Part shown: positions 10,933 through 24,318 of the stretch, one piece after another
How the letters are laid out: each line of letters starts with the position of its first letter
Numbering within the stretch: the stretch's first letter is position 1
Assembly (NCBI GenBank): GCA_027604505.1
Contig: JADIIX010000001.1
Span: 496,001-560,000 of the forward strand
Direction of reading: 5' to 3'
DNA: 64,000 bases
From: Gonapodya sp. JEL0774
Taxonomy: Eukaryota
Program-made: the position numbers and the translations under genes
Notes under the pieces: model-generated
The model's database searches: none
Seen by the model: the letters and a program-made list of their open reading frames with translations, nothing else
What the model was told of the DNA's origin: nothing

Positions 10933-12908
10933 TTACTTGGCCCAATCACAGGAGATGGCATTGCCAAAACTTTGTCTGCAAACCAATGGACTGAGATTCC
11001 CAAGAAAGAAACTGAATAAGGAACTGTTGGATGCACGTGTGAATGGGACATTCAAACTCACTAAGCGCACTGCTTGATTACCCAGTTTCCACCAGCGTCA
11101 CAGTGCCGCCACTGACTTCCCACCAGGCACTGCATTGTTCCAACAGCACATCCAGCCCCAGAAAGCAAGACGGATCCGCCTTGTGTGACCACTGCCGTGC
11201 TCGGTTTCGTCTTGCTTGCAGCAGGAGGACTTGGAGGGGGCGATGGGGTGGTGTGTGAGGTCGCTGGTGGGCTCGAAGGCGGTGATGCGGTGGCCGGGGG
11301 AGGGGGAGGAGGACTCGATCCTGGGTAGCCGCAAGCGATCTCACTGCCGAGTTGACTCGACACAACTTGACAGGCAGTCCCGCTGGAAGAAGAAAAGAAT
11401 GGAAAGGATGCAAATTCCAAATGTTCTGATGGTCACATTGGCAGGAGTGTCGAGCTCACCTAGGGCACGATTTGCTGGACCAGCCTGTTTGCGCGCATTG
11501 CTGGAACGCTTGAGCAGACACCGAGGGAAGACATTGTAGCATACCTGAATATTGGATGATCGAATACAGGATCGCAAGTCTCATCAGCATGTTTCAAGCC
11601 GGTTGACATCCTACATACGCACCAACAGTGCAGCCGACACCGCTTGTGGCGGGGGCTGCCGCTGGAGCAGCTACTGGAGTCTTGGCTCCTTGAGCGGCAA
11701 CAGGAGCGCCAGCGCCAGTGCTTGCCGGTGGTGGAGGAGAACTCGGAGGGGGCGCGGTAACTGGCGTCACTCCATTGCCAGTAAATATGCCTGGGCCTTG
11801 TTGACCTGCCCTGACGGTAATGGTTGGTCGAGCTGTGAGGTAATTTCGGCCATCGTACTTGGCACCATCAGCGCCAGGGAATTCTGTAGTTAGTTTAGAG
11901 TACTTGTACAATTAGCAGAGAAAAGAGACAACTGTCAGTCTTAAGAGGCGAACAACCCACCAGGAATCACCACCGACGAAGGAGCGATATTGGCAACAAA
12001 CAGCTGAGGTCCGCTAATTGAGCCACCAGCGGAGCCTTGAATATTGACATCGGCACAGCCCATGTAATATTCCCGGTTTCCAACTGCATTAATCCACGTC
12101 CAAGCAAACTAGAATCCGAGGTGATAACGAGGGGTTTAGACTGAGACAGCCATATCCCAGCAATGAACTCTTCATACTCACAACTGCATCTCCACTCGGT
12201 GCTCCCGCGGGAATCGGAACGTTGTACTCTGATCCACTCGCCCTCAAGCATTCTCGTACGACGGTGAGGAGGACGACGAAAGTCGAACCGCTGTCGTAAG
12301 ACACAGCAAATTGGCAGTGACCACCGTCTGCGTGGCAGTAGTGCAAAAGTAGCCAAAAAAATATCAAGCCTAGATCTACCAACAAGGGTGCACCCAGTGC
12401 CACGGAATATCGGATTCACCCACCATGAGTTGCGCTGCCAAACAATGAAACGTGAACCGAAGTGCCGGCTTGGTAGGTGGCAACGATGGGACCTTTGGGC
12501 TTTCCCTGGCACGGATACGGACGAGCCGCTCCCAAAGGAGTTGTTCCGCTGATAACGGAACCAGTAGTTTGGCAAATATCGGAATGACAAGCGAGGGTTG
12601 GGGAACTCACTCATAGTCGATGTTCTGAAAAGCAGAGATGATGTCGGAAACACAGAGGAAAATCATCCGTTCAGAAGCAGGTGCAGGTTTCAAAGTGATT
12701 TGTTTGATGGCGTTTAAAAACAGGAAAATGATGAAGACCCCAAAAGTGCGCCGGTGCTGATTCGAGCCGTAACACCTACCGAAACACCCAAAGACGAGGG
12801 AATCCACTTGCTGTTTCTAGGTGGAGGATTTGCCATCTCGATGTGAGCCCGAGCGAGAGTGGCCATTGATAGGATTATACCAATGGCGGACAGAACTGAG
12901 CGGCACAT
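10933..12908 (-). CDS. Secreted AA11-like lytic polysaccharide monooxygenase with Pro/Ala linkers and two Cys-rich CBM19-like modules
   Basis: Signal peptide MCRSVLSAIGIILSMATLARA then His1 (HIEMANPPPR); ATHGG|GHCQFAVSYD; WTWINAVGNREYYMGCADV. C-terminal modules CTVGMLQC...QC...W...CPSGTAC...C and CAVGTMQC...HC...W...QCAYPLVC...CDWAK*. Confidence 0.8.
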
Positions 12909-13534
12909 CTTTGCTGGGAACCACGGAGGCGAGAGAAGCTTGGAAGAATGGTAGAATAAGCTTCTTTAGCGCGAGTTCGACCAGCGAAAGCGCACAACTC
13001 GTGGATTGTGGATTAATGTGCCAAAATGTTTCACAGCAACTTGCGGCCGGCCTTGTGGGATCCCTTGTGGCGCCGGTCAGGGAGGCAAGTTCCGTAACAC
13101 CGCAACATGTAATATTCATAATATGTATTACAAGGGTCAACCAAACCAAACACGCCAAAATCCATTATCAACTTGATATTGCATTATTCAGCAAGGTTAT
13201 GAAATGAGCGAAGCGCGAACCATTACTGTTGAATGACTTCCTCTTTTTCGACCTGTCGGTTACGCATAACGAAAACAGGAACAACCCACCAATAAAATGG
13301 AGCTCCTCTCTTTAACCACCGAACCTGCACACGAGTAATATTTTATATTCATACTCAGGGACCACACGATTTGGAAACAGCAGCAATTGTCAATCACCAT
13401 TTTGCTGGAAGTTTGTGCATTACTAAATGTGGAAGGTGTTGTTTGCACCAAGTACAATCATTTCCCCCTTGAATACAAGTTTCATTTGAAACGTGCCCAG
13501 CCCTCTTCCAGGACCGGCGGAGTCAAAGTCAAAG

Positions 13535-15614
13535 TCAAACTCCCCGAAAGAAGCCTGGTGGCTTGAAAGAGATTGTGATACGGCCTTCGGCAGCCATTCG
13601 TAGAATGAGATTCGCAGCACGGTAAACGTCAGGCCTGGCGGCTCTCGGAGTGAAGAAACCACGCTGGATTGCAAATGCTTATTTCCCCATGGCAGCTTCG
13701 TGAGGAAAGTATGCACAATCCAAACCGATTGGCTTTAATATAAACATACCTTCGCATATTGTCCAAGCGCTCCAGTTTGAATCCTCCGTTGCAGCTGCCT
13801 CCTCGAACTCCAAAATATCCTCCATTTTGAGATCAAGTATTCGCTCAAGCTCAACCAAATTTGCAAGATACCCAACGACCGTGTACGGTTCTTGGACTTG
13901 CGCCACCTTAAACACGCCCATCAGAACTTGCAGCTCACGGGGCACCAGAGAAGGAAACACCAGACCCGGCGAGTCACACAGTCGCACCTCATCAGATACA
14001 TGAATCGTCTGGAAATACTTTGTGTGTCCAGGCGTCCTGGACACTGAGACACGATGGCTGCCAACGATAGAGTTGATGATCGAGGACTTGCCTACGTTCG
14101 GTTGACCAACAAGTCCGATCGTGAGAAGCGAATCTGATCGAGGAGCGGTAGGTAACGTCGTCGGGGCACCCATGAGAGTAAGTTGGTCGACCGCGACCTC
14201 CACATCCGATTCCGATTCCGAATCCGAATCACGCCAGGTCTTTTGTTTTTCCCATGTGCCAGAGCTCTTTGATCTGGCTCGCACCTCTCGCTGATGCCCA
14301 GAAGCAAACCGGTCCCTCCCATTTCGTCCTCGGCGGCGAGGAGGGCTCTCAGCGCTGCTCGCACCACAAAGATCCACTCCAGTGAGCGAGATATGATCCC
14401 CATCACCCACTTGACTATCAGCTTGTGTTTCGTCCCCTTGTCGAGTACTCGGGCGCTGCTTCTTTCTTCGTCTCCTGGGGCGTACAATGCCAATCGCCTC
14501 ACTCATTCCCCCGTCATTATCTTCTTTATCACTTTGCACACCATCTTTGACGTGTGCACAGCACCTAGCAATCACCTCGTCCCAGTCGACGGTCACCCCA
14601 TCTCTTCTCACAACACGAACATCCCTACAACAGTCCAAAATATCCCTCACGCCGATGGGTGTAGGACGACGGTTTCGCTTTGCAGCATGTGCACGACGCC
14701 GTAAAGTCTCTAAATGCAAAATTGATGAGAAGAAAGATGAGATAGCGGGTAGTCGTTGTGACCCACCCATGTCGGGATCTTCTTCGGGTAACCTTCTACC
14801 AGGTGGTCTGCACGAACATTCTGCGATATTAATCATCGGGTACAACTTTTGTAGGTAATCTCGCCAAGCCTGCACGGTGTGGCGCCCAACTAGGTCAACC
14901 TTGATCGGTGTGGATGAGTGTCTTAACGCTCGACAACGCAAAGTTCAAAGTCTTCACCTTGTTGAGCACAAGAACAATTGGCTTGCGTAGCTCGTGAACG
15001 ACGTGGTCGTATAGAGATGGATTAAAGTGGAAAAGGGGGTGACGAATGTCAACCTGCGGAAACAAACAGTTCGGCGGACCGTCACCGGTTATGAAGAGAG
15101 GCCAACGAACCAAGACTATCACGATGTCGCTGAGCTCCAAAACCCTCCACAGTTGTCTCCAAACTTCGAGGTTTTGTTCAAAGTACGGTAGTTCAAGGTG
15201 CAAACCCTCCAAATCTGTCAGCCAGGTTTGAAAATAGAGCTTTTCTCTCTCTTCAAGTTGATCAACTGAGTCTTCGTAGCTCCACGAAGGGCGTTTCGGT
15301 ATCGATATCGCATTCTTTTCCGTCCACGGGTGGGGATCAACCTCAAGGCAATTCGGAGACAATGGACGCGTCACTGGGGTTTGAGACCACAGCTTTCGAG
15401 ATTCGACTTCTTTGGGAGTGAGCTTGGTGAATTCGGAGTCGAGTGGTCTTCGCTGGCTTTGCTCGGATTGAGAACGTTCATTTCGCTCAGCATGTGAATG
15501 ATGAGTATTATCATCCACCTCATCAAATTTCAAAAGCTCCTCGCGCTTTCTTCTGTTACGCTCCTTGAGCTGCTCTTTTTTCTTGGCGCCACTGAATGGA
15601 GTCTTGCGTTGCAT
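13535..15614 (-). CDS. GNL1: GNL1 (HSR1)-type circularly permuted YlqF/YawG GTPase
   Basis: N-terminus MQRKTPFSGAKKKEQL resembles animal GNL1; FEQNLEVWRQLWRVLE; DIRHP; LNKVD (G4) lies before GQPNVGKSS (G1), SRTPGHTK (G2) and DSPG (G3); C-terminal RPDVYRAAN. Confidence 0.85.
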
Positions 15615-15691
15615 AATAATGTCAATATAAAGTTCGGTCTCACATTATCTAAAACCGGTCTAAGGCAAGTTAGGCACATGATACTAGTAAA

Positions 15692-18600
15692 CTACATTTG
15701 GCTGGCACTCAAAGCCGCCGAGAATAGAGTCTTTAAATCCATCAAACCCGTCCGCATCAGAGTTCGCACAATCACGCCACTTGCTCCGAGCATAACCACG
15801 CCACCTAGGCTCTCGTCATGCATTATCAGATCACGAACTCCGCTCCAAGCAAAATCTCCACCTTTCAAAAGTTGTGCGACAGTGCGAGCGAGCAGAGAAG
15901 GATAATCTGGCAAAAGTCGAAGAAGCAGATAATTGAGCAGTGAGCGGACTGCCGTTAGGAGATCTCCGAAACCTAATCCTGTGAAATCCTGAGGGAGCTG
16001 CCCGATCACTGCTCGACATACGGATAACAGAGCAGCAAAGTTCTTGGAGGCTACCTCAACAACTGCGCGGGTTATGGGGCCTACGTCGGGTAAGATCTCA
16101 CAGAGCAAGTACGCCAATATCATTCGGTTGATCGATTTGACCCTGTGATCATGTTCAAAAATGATGGCCCATCCACCGAACATAGATGAAAGGTAGTACA
16201 TAACAGGATGCGATGGAAGAGGGCCTGAAGGATGGATTGTGCGGAACTCTGTTTGTCCCGAATCGCCAATTTCGAAGCCTTATAGCCACCCACCGAATGT
16301 TCGCAAAACGTAGCACATCCCGATCCTATGCCCCTCTAGGTTGACCCAGAAGTACGTAGTTGAATGTACCCAACTGTGTGCCATCACCTGGATATCCTGC
16401 ACTACGGTTTCCACAACCTCCTTCGCAGCCGCGCGAGCCCACACATCGAAGTCTTCCAGAGAGTCGGCCAAGCCGTTTGTCTGCGCACGATGGAACCAGC
16501 CAATTGCCGGAGAAACTGGGTCCGAAGGCCTACGAACGTCAAACGTTGGTGAGTAGGAACGGCTCGTCGGGCGATACGACGAAGTCGTGGCAGAACGTGC
16601 GTGGAATGGGTGACGCTCTCGCCGAAAGTTTTCTACCTGGGATGTAAGTTGCGCAGAGTGAGCAATAGGAGACGGTGGTGCGGTAGACGAGCGAGGAAAG
16701 CGTTGGTTCGGGTGCCCGATGGTGAGGGAAGCAAGGGCACTAGATTCTGTTTCCGCCGGTTCCGCAGTTATCAGTTGTGGTCGTGTAGCGTTCTGCTCTC
16801 CTCCATCTGCTAGTGGCACCACATATTCTGCCTTTACTGGAATAGCATCGTGGACTGGGGTCGTTCCGTGTGGGATAGGAAGATTGGCTAGCTCATCCTC
16901 GCCCGAATCGTACACACTTCCTATTGTCAGCGGGCCTTCGCCTTCGCGAGAACTGGGATCAAAACCTTCGGGGACAGGGTCGGTCATATCACTTGGACCG
17001 GCGGAGGGCGATGTGTGCAGAGAACCCGATGCGGAGGCTGCGGCGGAAGCGAGCCGGGAGGATGCGTCAGAGAATGACACATCCGAGTGAGGCGATATTT
17101 CCCCATCGGCAGCGTTGTCCGGGTTAGCGTCTGGTTCCCCGTCGAAATCCGATTCCCCGAGACTGTCATCAACCTCCGACTCAGACTGAAACTCTGAATC
17201 GTCCTCGTCTTCTTCTGATTGTTCTGAGCCGCTCCAATTCTCCAGCTCACCCAGAGTGTCGTTTTCATCTTCATTTTCCTTTACTTCCGGTGGGGTCTCG
17301 ATGCCAGTGCCGACTTTGATCCTCACCCAGGCCTTTCCTACCGCCCTGCTTAGCCCCGACGCGCTTGCACTCCTTGCCAATCGTAGAGTCCGCGGTGAAT
17401 CTTCAGTGACAGAATCAGCAAGAACAAGAAGGACTGAGCTCCGGCGTTCGGCACCGTGAGGACTCTTTAACAGGAGGGATGTACGCCGTGATTGGGAAGT
17501 AAAGGATCGTCTGAGAGATGCGCGGGGAGTAATGCTGACCGATAGTGCTGGGTCGGATATGGCCGCTTGCGTCGAGAAGGACTCTGGTGTTTCAACTGAC
17601 AAGCTGGTGATAGCTTCCGAACTAGCTAGGATTCCAGCGGGAGCAGAAGCAGCGACGGCTTGTGGAGGAGACAACGGGGGCGGGGAGATTGATGGTGGAG
17701 ATAGCACTACCCCCTCGCTCCCGCTGACATCCTCATAAAGGACTGGTGGGCCCGGGCTCGTCTTAGTAGGCTGCAAGGTGGCTAAAAGGCCAGAACTCAG
17801 CTTCGACGGTGCGCTGGCTGCTGCTTTGCCCAACCACTCGGACGTGTTAGCGAGTATTGGCAAATCTGTGGGATCTGTATTGGTAGTTTCAAATGTTACG
17901 GACTTGACGAGAGAGCCGGCCGAAGTCGAGCGTTTGCGGACAAACAGTGGAGTGTGCCGATGGCGGTGCGGGGATGTAGGGGGAGACATAAAAGGCTTCA
18001 CGAACAAGTGGTCTAGGAACGGAACTCAGTGAGCTGGCAACGGTTCTTGTAAATACACAGACACATACATGCTATGCGCAGCGCATAGGCTAGAACGTTC
18101 TGTGAGAGATAGACTCGGAAATATATCCTGGAAGACGAACGGCAATGAGTCAACCTTGCGTTGCCATTGGTCATGTCGCGTCAGGAGCCCGAAAACCCAC
18201 TGAGACACCTTTGAAAGAACGCTGGGTACATCAGACAAAAAGCTATGATAACAGGACGGATCGTGAGGGTGGAGCTAATGACAATCAAAAGGATTGACCG
18301 TTGAACGGTGCGAGATTTTGAGACAACTGTGGTTCACGCACCTGAGTAATGCAATCCGTGATTTCTTTGTATGATTTGACACTGAAAGGATACATAGTCT
18401 TGTCCAAAACAAACCGATACTTTTCTGTGAGCATCCTCGTGCTTACAACAGAGTGCAGAGAAACGTAAAGCAAAGGCTCTAGAACGGAGAGATAAGCCAA
18501 TCGCTCAATCCATATTGGCAAATTTGATGATTTTTTATGGTGATGTCCGGTTTTGTGCAATGTCGGCTCCACTGCATCTCTGCCGACCATTCTCCTCAAA

Positions 18601-18988
18601 CGGTTCAGAAGACCTGCAAGTGAAGCTGATAGCGCCGTATAGTTTGCCTGTAGCTGTCGAAGCGTCACCAAAATCAGAAAACTGAAGAATCGCGAATCGA
18701 TTCCACATTTCATGGAAGGATGAGTTATGTAAAGTGCGACGACAACAATCGGTTACCAATTACACACTATTTCAACTTCCGCTCGTCCATCCGTGCATTC
18801 CAAATAGAGCGAAAAGGTGTCACTACCATTCCTTTCACCTCGCCTGCTATAAACTGAGTGATTTGAACAACTCGTGAGGGATCAGTCGCGCCAAGCGCCG
18901 GAATCAGGAATGGGAGAGCAGCTGCTGGCAAGATGCTTCCCAAGGCTTCTCCAGAGTTGGCGCTCCCTGGATCCCGGATGCTTCCCAT
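15692..18988 (-). CDS. Hypothetical multi-exon protein with long Ser/Pro/acidic disordered centre and hydrophobic C-terminus
   Basis: Co-oriented long ORFs (16280-18007, 575 aa; 15692-16201; 18026-18238; 18285-18713; 18767-18988) separated by intron-like gaps. No family recognised, and the start is uncertain. Confidence 0.6.
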
Positions 18989-19209
18989 GGTTGGATGGTA
19001 AGATATCTAGACCACGCGGTTGGCACCAAAGACCCGATGACTCTCTTACCCCAAAACAACGCTACAAAGCCGAGCCAAAAATGGATGATGTTCTCTCCCA
19101 ATCCCAAAACAGATTTCAATTCTTTACTTTACTACAAAAGAAACTCTCTCTTCCTTAGAGATGGATATTCAAAGATACTTCAATAAAAAGTTCGCTTTGA
19201 GACTGTTTC

Positions 19210-22200
19210 TCAGACGAAGAACATGGTTCTGGCAAAATCCTTGGGCAAAGACTTGGCGTTGACGCTGGGAACCAAGCCTGAATGCGCGTTGACTGCTGAA
19301 AGTCCCTGGTTCACGTAAATGCGTACCCGATCTTTACACGAACAATGAGAAACAACCGGGAGAGCAAGGTGAGTGTATGGTAATGGAGCCGCTCAAAATC
19401 AATACTCACACGCCAACAAGTGGGCGTAGTACGTCGGAGGAACAAGCGAAACCGAACGGGTTGCACGGCTATACACATAACAGAGACGATATGTGAACTG
19501 AATGGATTAACATACAATTAGCTCACAAGAAACAACAATGAAACGCTGTCGCAAATGTCTGGTATTGATTACACACCTGCTGCATCACATCCGCAGAAAG
19601 GTTGTTTTCGTCCAGAAGGACATAGTAGTGGGCCGGGCTGTCACGCAACCATGAAGTATACCAAAGAGTGCCGTTTCTCATAAAATCGCACTTTTGGGAA
19701 CCCACCGGCTCGTGCCCTGGATTCCAGAATGACTCATTAGGAAGAAATCATACTCATATGGATGGGTAATGGCTGAACCAGGTGGACAAATTAGCACGAG
19801 TTATACATGTTCTTCGGTGAGCACCCGTTCCTTACTCGTGTCGACCACAGTACCAGGCTTTGCGTTTCCGGACCGGTCCGCGTCGCCGGGGTTTGTCACA
19901 AAAATCTTGGTTTTGTGACGCTTGGTCATCACCGTCTATCAGTTTGTCCGGAATTCATAATCCAAACATCATTTTGCACAGAATGAACACGAGGTCTTAC
20001 AAAAGTGATCGGCGGATCATAATCCTTTTCCAACTCTGCAAAGGCCCTTTTCATCGCCTTTATCTCATTGTCATAGACAATTTGGAATTGACCCTATGCA
20101 CAATAACAAGTGAGTGTCGCTTGCCTATAGCGAATGATCTGATTCATGCTCACCTCCGAAACACCATCACGGTAAAACAAAATTCTCTTGGGTTTCCTTC
20201 CGTTGTTCGTGCGGTAGTATGCCAACAGCGAATCCTTGATCTTTCTCACAAAAACTGTCAGCACAAAGTCTGAATACTGTTGGTATAATTCCTCACAATA
20301 TCTTGCATTTTCTCAATAACTTCGGTTTTGCTTGTTTGAAGACGAACACTTGGAAAGTATTTCGTCAATTGCGGGTTGATAGTCGCGACCTGAGATGATC
20401 GTAAGAGTTTATCCACGTCGAGAGCCATACGATTCCAGCTACTCACCACTGCAGCAATACTTGGTTTATTGTCGCCAGTATAGTGCGAGACATCGGCACC
20501 CATAACGATGATATCGTCTGTGACAAATGGCGCCGGGGGGTCTTTCAAAGTACAGGATGTGCCCGTCAGGTAATCGAGTCCAATCAACATGAGAAGAATT
20601 CGTCCTCACCTTTGAGCATTTGGTTAACACCCCCCAACTTGGTGTTTACCTTGAGAGAAACATTGGCAAGGTATTGAACAAGCTTGCCGGGGTCCTTCTT
20701 CAAATTCTTGACCTGCATCACTTGGCTGTGTCCAAGGGCAAAGAACCGATCAACGTCCAGCAGCAACGATACGAACGTTTGCCGCGTTTCGACCAGGAAC
20801 CATGCATAACAAACCTGGGAATCCCAACCTGAGTGTCCATGACAGACTTGATCAACTCGTATGTGTGTCGCACGTTGACGATGAAGAACAGTAGGACAGG
20901 CGCTGAGGTGCCTGGGAACACTTGGGCACACCTCGCGGTAACATCTCTGATGGCATTTTTGAAGTTCACTTCGTTCACATGCGAAACGCGCACGAAAGCA
21001 ACATCGTTTGCTGCGGATTGGTGGCACAGATGTCATTCGAGCAGACAACTGATCAGAAGGCGGATCGGATATGGCTTCCACCCACCGTTTCCAATTTGCA
21101 TTCCCGTCGCCCCAAAAACTTCTCTGATTGTGCCATCCAGGTTCCACAGAGCATTCTCGTTCATTTCGTAGTCTGAACACATCAACACGTATCCATAACT
21201 CGGCATTGGCGCCGGACTGAGGTACGCCACATCCTTCAAATTCCAAGCTCCCATACCCGCAGCAGGGTTCAAAACTTTCCCTCTTCCGTAAGAAAGGGAC
21301 GGGGACGGAAGGATGCGACCGGCCACCTGGACCATCCGTTCATCGACTTCGATTCCAAGTGCCTTGAGGTGCGGGTTGGTGCTTAGATTAAGCGATGCCA
21401 CGGCATTCTCGATGGCAACTTTCTTGTCATTCGGCCTCTGGGTGGAGGCTTTGATCATACCGCTGCGGTCGTTCTCCGTCATGGTGCCTATGCATTTGCA
21501 ATCCCACAATACAGTGAGCAGTCTCTTTAACGGGCATTGTAATCGGACGCACCGGTATATCTCGTGCCCTCCACGATATGGCACACCTCGACTGGGAAGA
21601 AGGTATCCCCCTGAGCTCCACTCGACCGGAGGAGGTTGAGGTTCGGGTACTTCAACTTGAGATTATATGTTGTCAAGAAGTACTCAGCGACCGATATAGT
21701 CTTGTCGTCATGGACGAAGCTAAGGCGATGTGTTCAACGGCGTGCAAGATCCAGTGGTCAGTACCGGGGGACACCAAAACTCAGACAATATAGCACCCAC
21801 GTCGTCTCCACCGCATTCTTGTCACTAACACCTCTAATAACCTTCTTGACGTACGACTTACCCGTCGCCCCGACCGCCCGATGCCTGAGTTCCACCTTTG
21901 CCCCCCTAATTCTGGAGTCGACCGCGTTCCGGTCCTGTGGGCCAAGCTTCTGCTCTGGTCTGAAACCGCGCACCACCTCACCAATGAACGACAGAGCATC
22001 CTGGCTTTTGAAAACTGACGTGAAGGACAGATCCACGTTCACCATGACCAAACCCTTTTTGCCTGATTTGGTACCAGTGGTGTTGGTTATCCCCGTACCC
22101 TCTGTCAATCTCGCACTTTGGAATACACCAGTCCATACGTCGAGACCTCCGCCAATGGACCAGGCACCAGCGGGGGTGAACAGGGAACGGCCAAGCAAGT

Positions 22201-23780
22201 GTGTCGAAGGTCGAGCAAGAGGTGCTTGACGGAGGAACAGGTCGAGCACGGTGAGGGGTAACAGCGGAACTTCGCGAGATCCGGTGGGGGTTTTCGGATC
22301 CAAGTACACGCTTATGAGGCCAAGAGGGACCATGGGGGGGTCCGTCGCTTGGAGAACTGAACGCAGCGAGGGAGGTGCGAGTGACATGAGTGATCACATC
22401 AGCTCCAGCAGAGCATACCACGTCCGAGCTGAGAGTCCAATGAGAGAAAAACACCGGGCAAACTCACCAACCATGTACTCCCCCGTACTGTCTCCACTCT
22501 CTAACACCACAGGCTTGGTTAGCTTCCCAGCAACGGCGCCTTTGCGATCCAGGTGCAGGTCGTCTGTGGCATAAAGGTTTTTGCGCCCGTCGTAAGCGTA
22601 AAAGATGCCAGTGGGAAAAATGTCCTTGTTCTGGGCGTAGAACTTTTCCAGGATATCGCTGGAAGCAGAGAGCAGCGTGAGATGGGGATCACGGGGCCCG
22701 CACGAGAGGTTAAAGGCGGAAAGCTTCACAACATACCGGTTCTTGCGCTGGATTTCGACTTCTTTCCCTCCCTTGTCTTTCGAAGTGACGTCGTACTGGC
22801 ACAGGAAGGGAGTTTCAAGCACGAGAACAAAGATTGGGTGATTGGGTATGATTACTTAAAAGACTGACGGAGCAAGAGCGGAGGCCTGGTCTCAACGAAA
22901 CGTACGTGAAATACTTGCTTGTCCGGAGTTGTCCGGATCTAGGTTCGGAGAGTTGGTGAGGAAGCCCGAGCCGGGGACGGTGATGCGCATAATGGGCAAT
23001 TTGGTGGAAGAGGAACCGTATGAGATGCATACAATTCTAGAAATAGGAGTGGGGCTTGACGCGGATGTGCCCGGTGCGATATCCTGTCGCACTCCCAATA
23101 GATATGATGAGTGTCCATCACATCCTCACGCCCTTGTCTTAGCAGCAACTACTCCTACTGTCAGAGTATTGGAGGACACGTCGCGTGCAAACGAAGTCAT
23201 ACGGTTTACTCGTACTCACGGGAAAGTAGTTCGCCCACAGCCTGACTGGAGCTCCCGCAGTGCCGTAACTCGGCCTCAACGCGAACTCTCTCCCCGTCAT
23301 CTGCAAAGGAGGATCATTTCTGATGGTCATGGATCTGCTGGGCCCCGCCGGGCCTTCCCCGCGGGATTCCACACCAGAGGGGGCAAAGAAGGACTCTACA
23401 GCCCCGTACTCTGAAGGACCCCCACCACCGCCATAACCTCCACCACCACGGCCACCACCACCACCGCCACCTCCGCCACCACCACGTCCGCCGCGGTATC
23501 CACCACCGTCTCCACCACCTCGGCCACCACGTGGAGCGAAATCGCCACCACCACCCCTCCCGCGGCCACCACCACGACCTCCGTCCCCTCCAGCACTTCC
23601 TCCGCGAGCGTATCCGCCACCGCCGCCGCCTCCTCCCCGTCCTCCTCCATCTCCTCGTCCTCCGGGTGGAGCCGAACCTCCCCTTCCACCACCTCGCGGC
23701 TGGAAGTCACCACCTGGGCCGCCACGGCCTCTGCCACGAGGGGACCCACCGCCGCCACCGCGAGGGTATTGATCCGCCAT
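19210..23780 (-). CDS. AGO: Argonaute with RGG-rich N-terminus and intact DEDH slicer tetrad
   Basis: [14 protein letters not shown] (N domain); GVFQSAR..VNVD (L1); [55 protein letters not shown]; ends TMFFV*. Confidence 0.95.
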
Positions 23781-24318
23781 GTTATGAAACCGATCGACTG
23801 GAGGTGTTGTCTAGAGTTTCAAACAAAGCGACGGCAAAGGATTGACGAGAGAGCTGGAAACGTGGGAAGGCCAGAGACAGAAACGTCGATGCTTTCGCTG
23901 AACGATCGCTTGAGTTTTTAAACCCGTAGTGCTGGATGTGGTCGATTCGATGGCCTGAAATGTGGAAGGGTCGAGCCAGGAACGCGGTGCTTGCACGACT
24001 CACTTTAGGTGTGGACAAAGCTTGGACATATAGAACTAAATCGTGACTCTACCAATTACGCACCCAGGTATGAAACAGGAAAAAATTAATTGGTTTTACT
24101 TTCTCACAAAGAGTGCATTTCTTTTGCGGAAGTCTCAAGTAAAAGCGATTCTCACCAATGAACCATTGCAATTTGATTCTGAATGACTACCTTTAATAAT
24201 ATTCCCCGCCTAAACATCCATTTCGGGCGGGAACTCAGTGTTTTCGTCGTATAATTTAATTTGCGACTCTCGCCAACCCCAACGAAGGATCGCGGCACTA
24301 GTAGACTCACTTCCCAAA

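Noticed and set aside
18385..18393. Perfect U12-type donor GTATCCTTT on the minus strand
   Set aside because: It lies inside an open frame (TMYPFS), no TCCTTAAC branch site follows, and a normal CAG|GTGCGT donor is just downstream.
22929..23845. Plus-strand and alternative-frame ORFs over the Argonaute N-terminus (and similar antisense ORFs throughout)
   Set aside because: Shadow ORFs caused by GC-rich, low-complexity coding sequence on the opposite strand.
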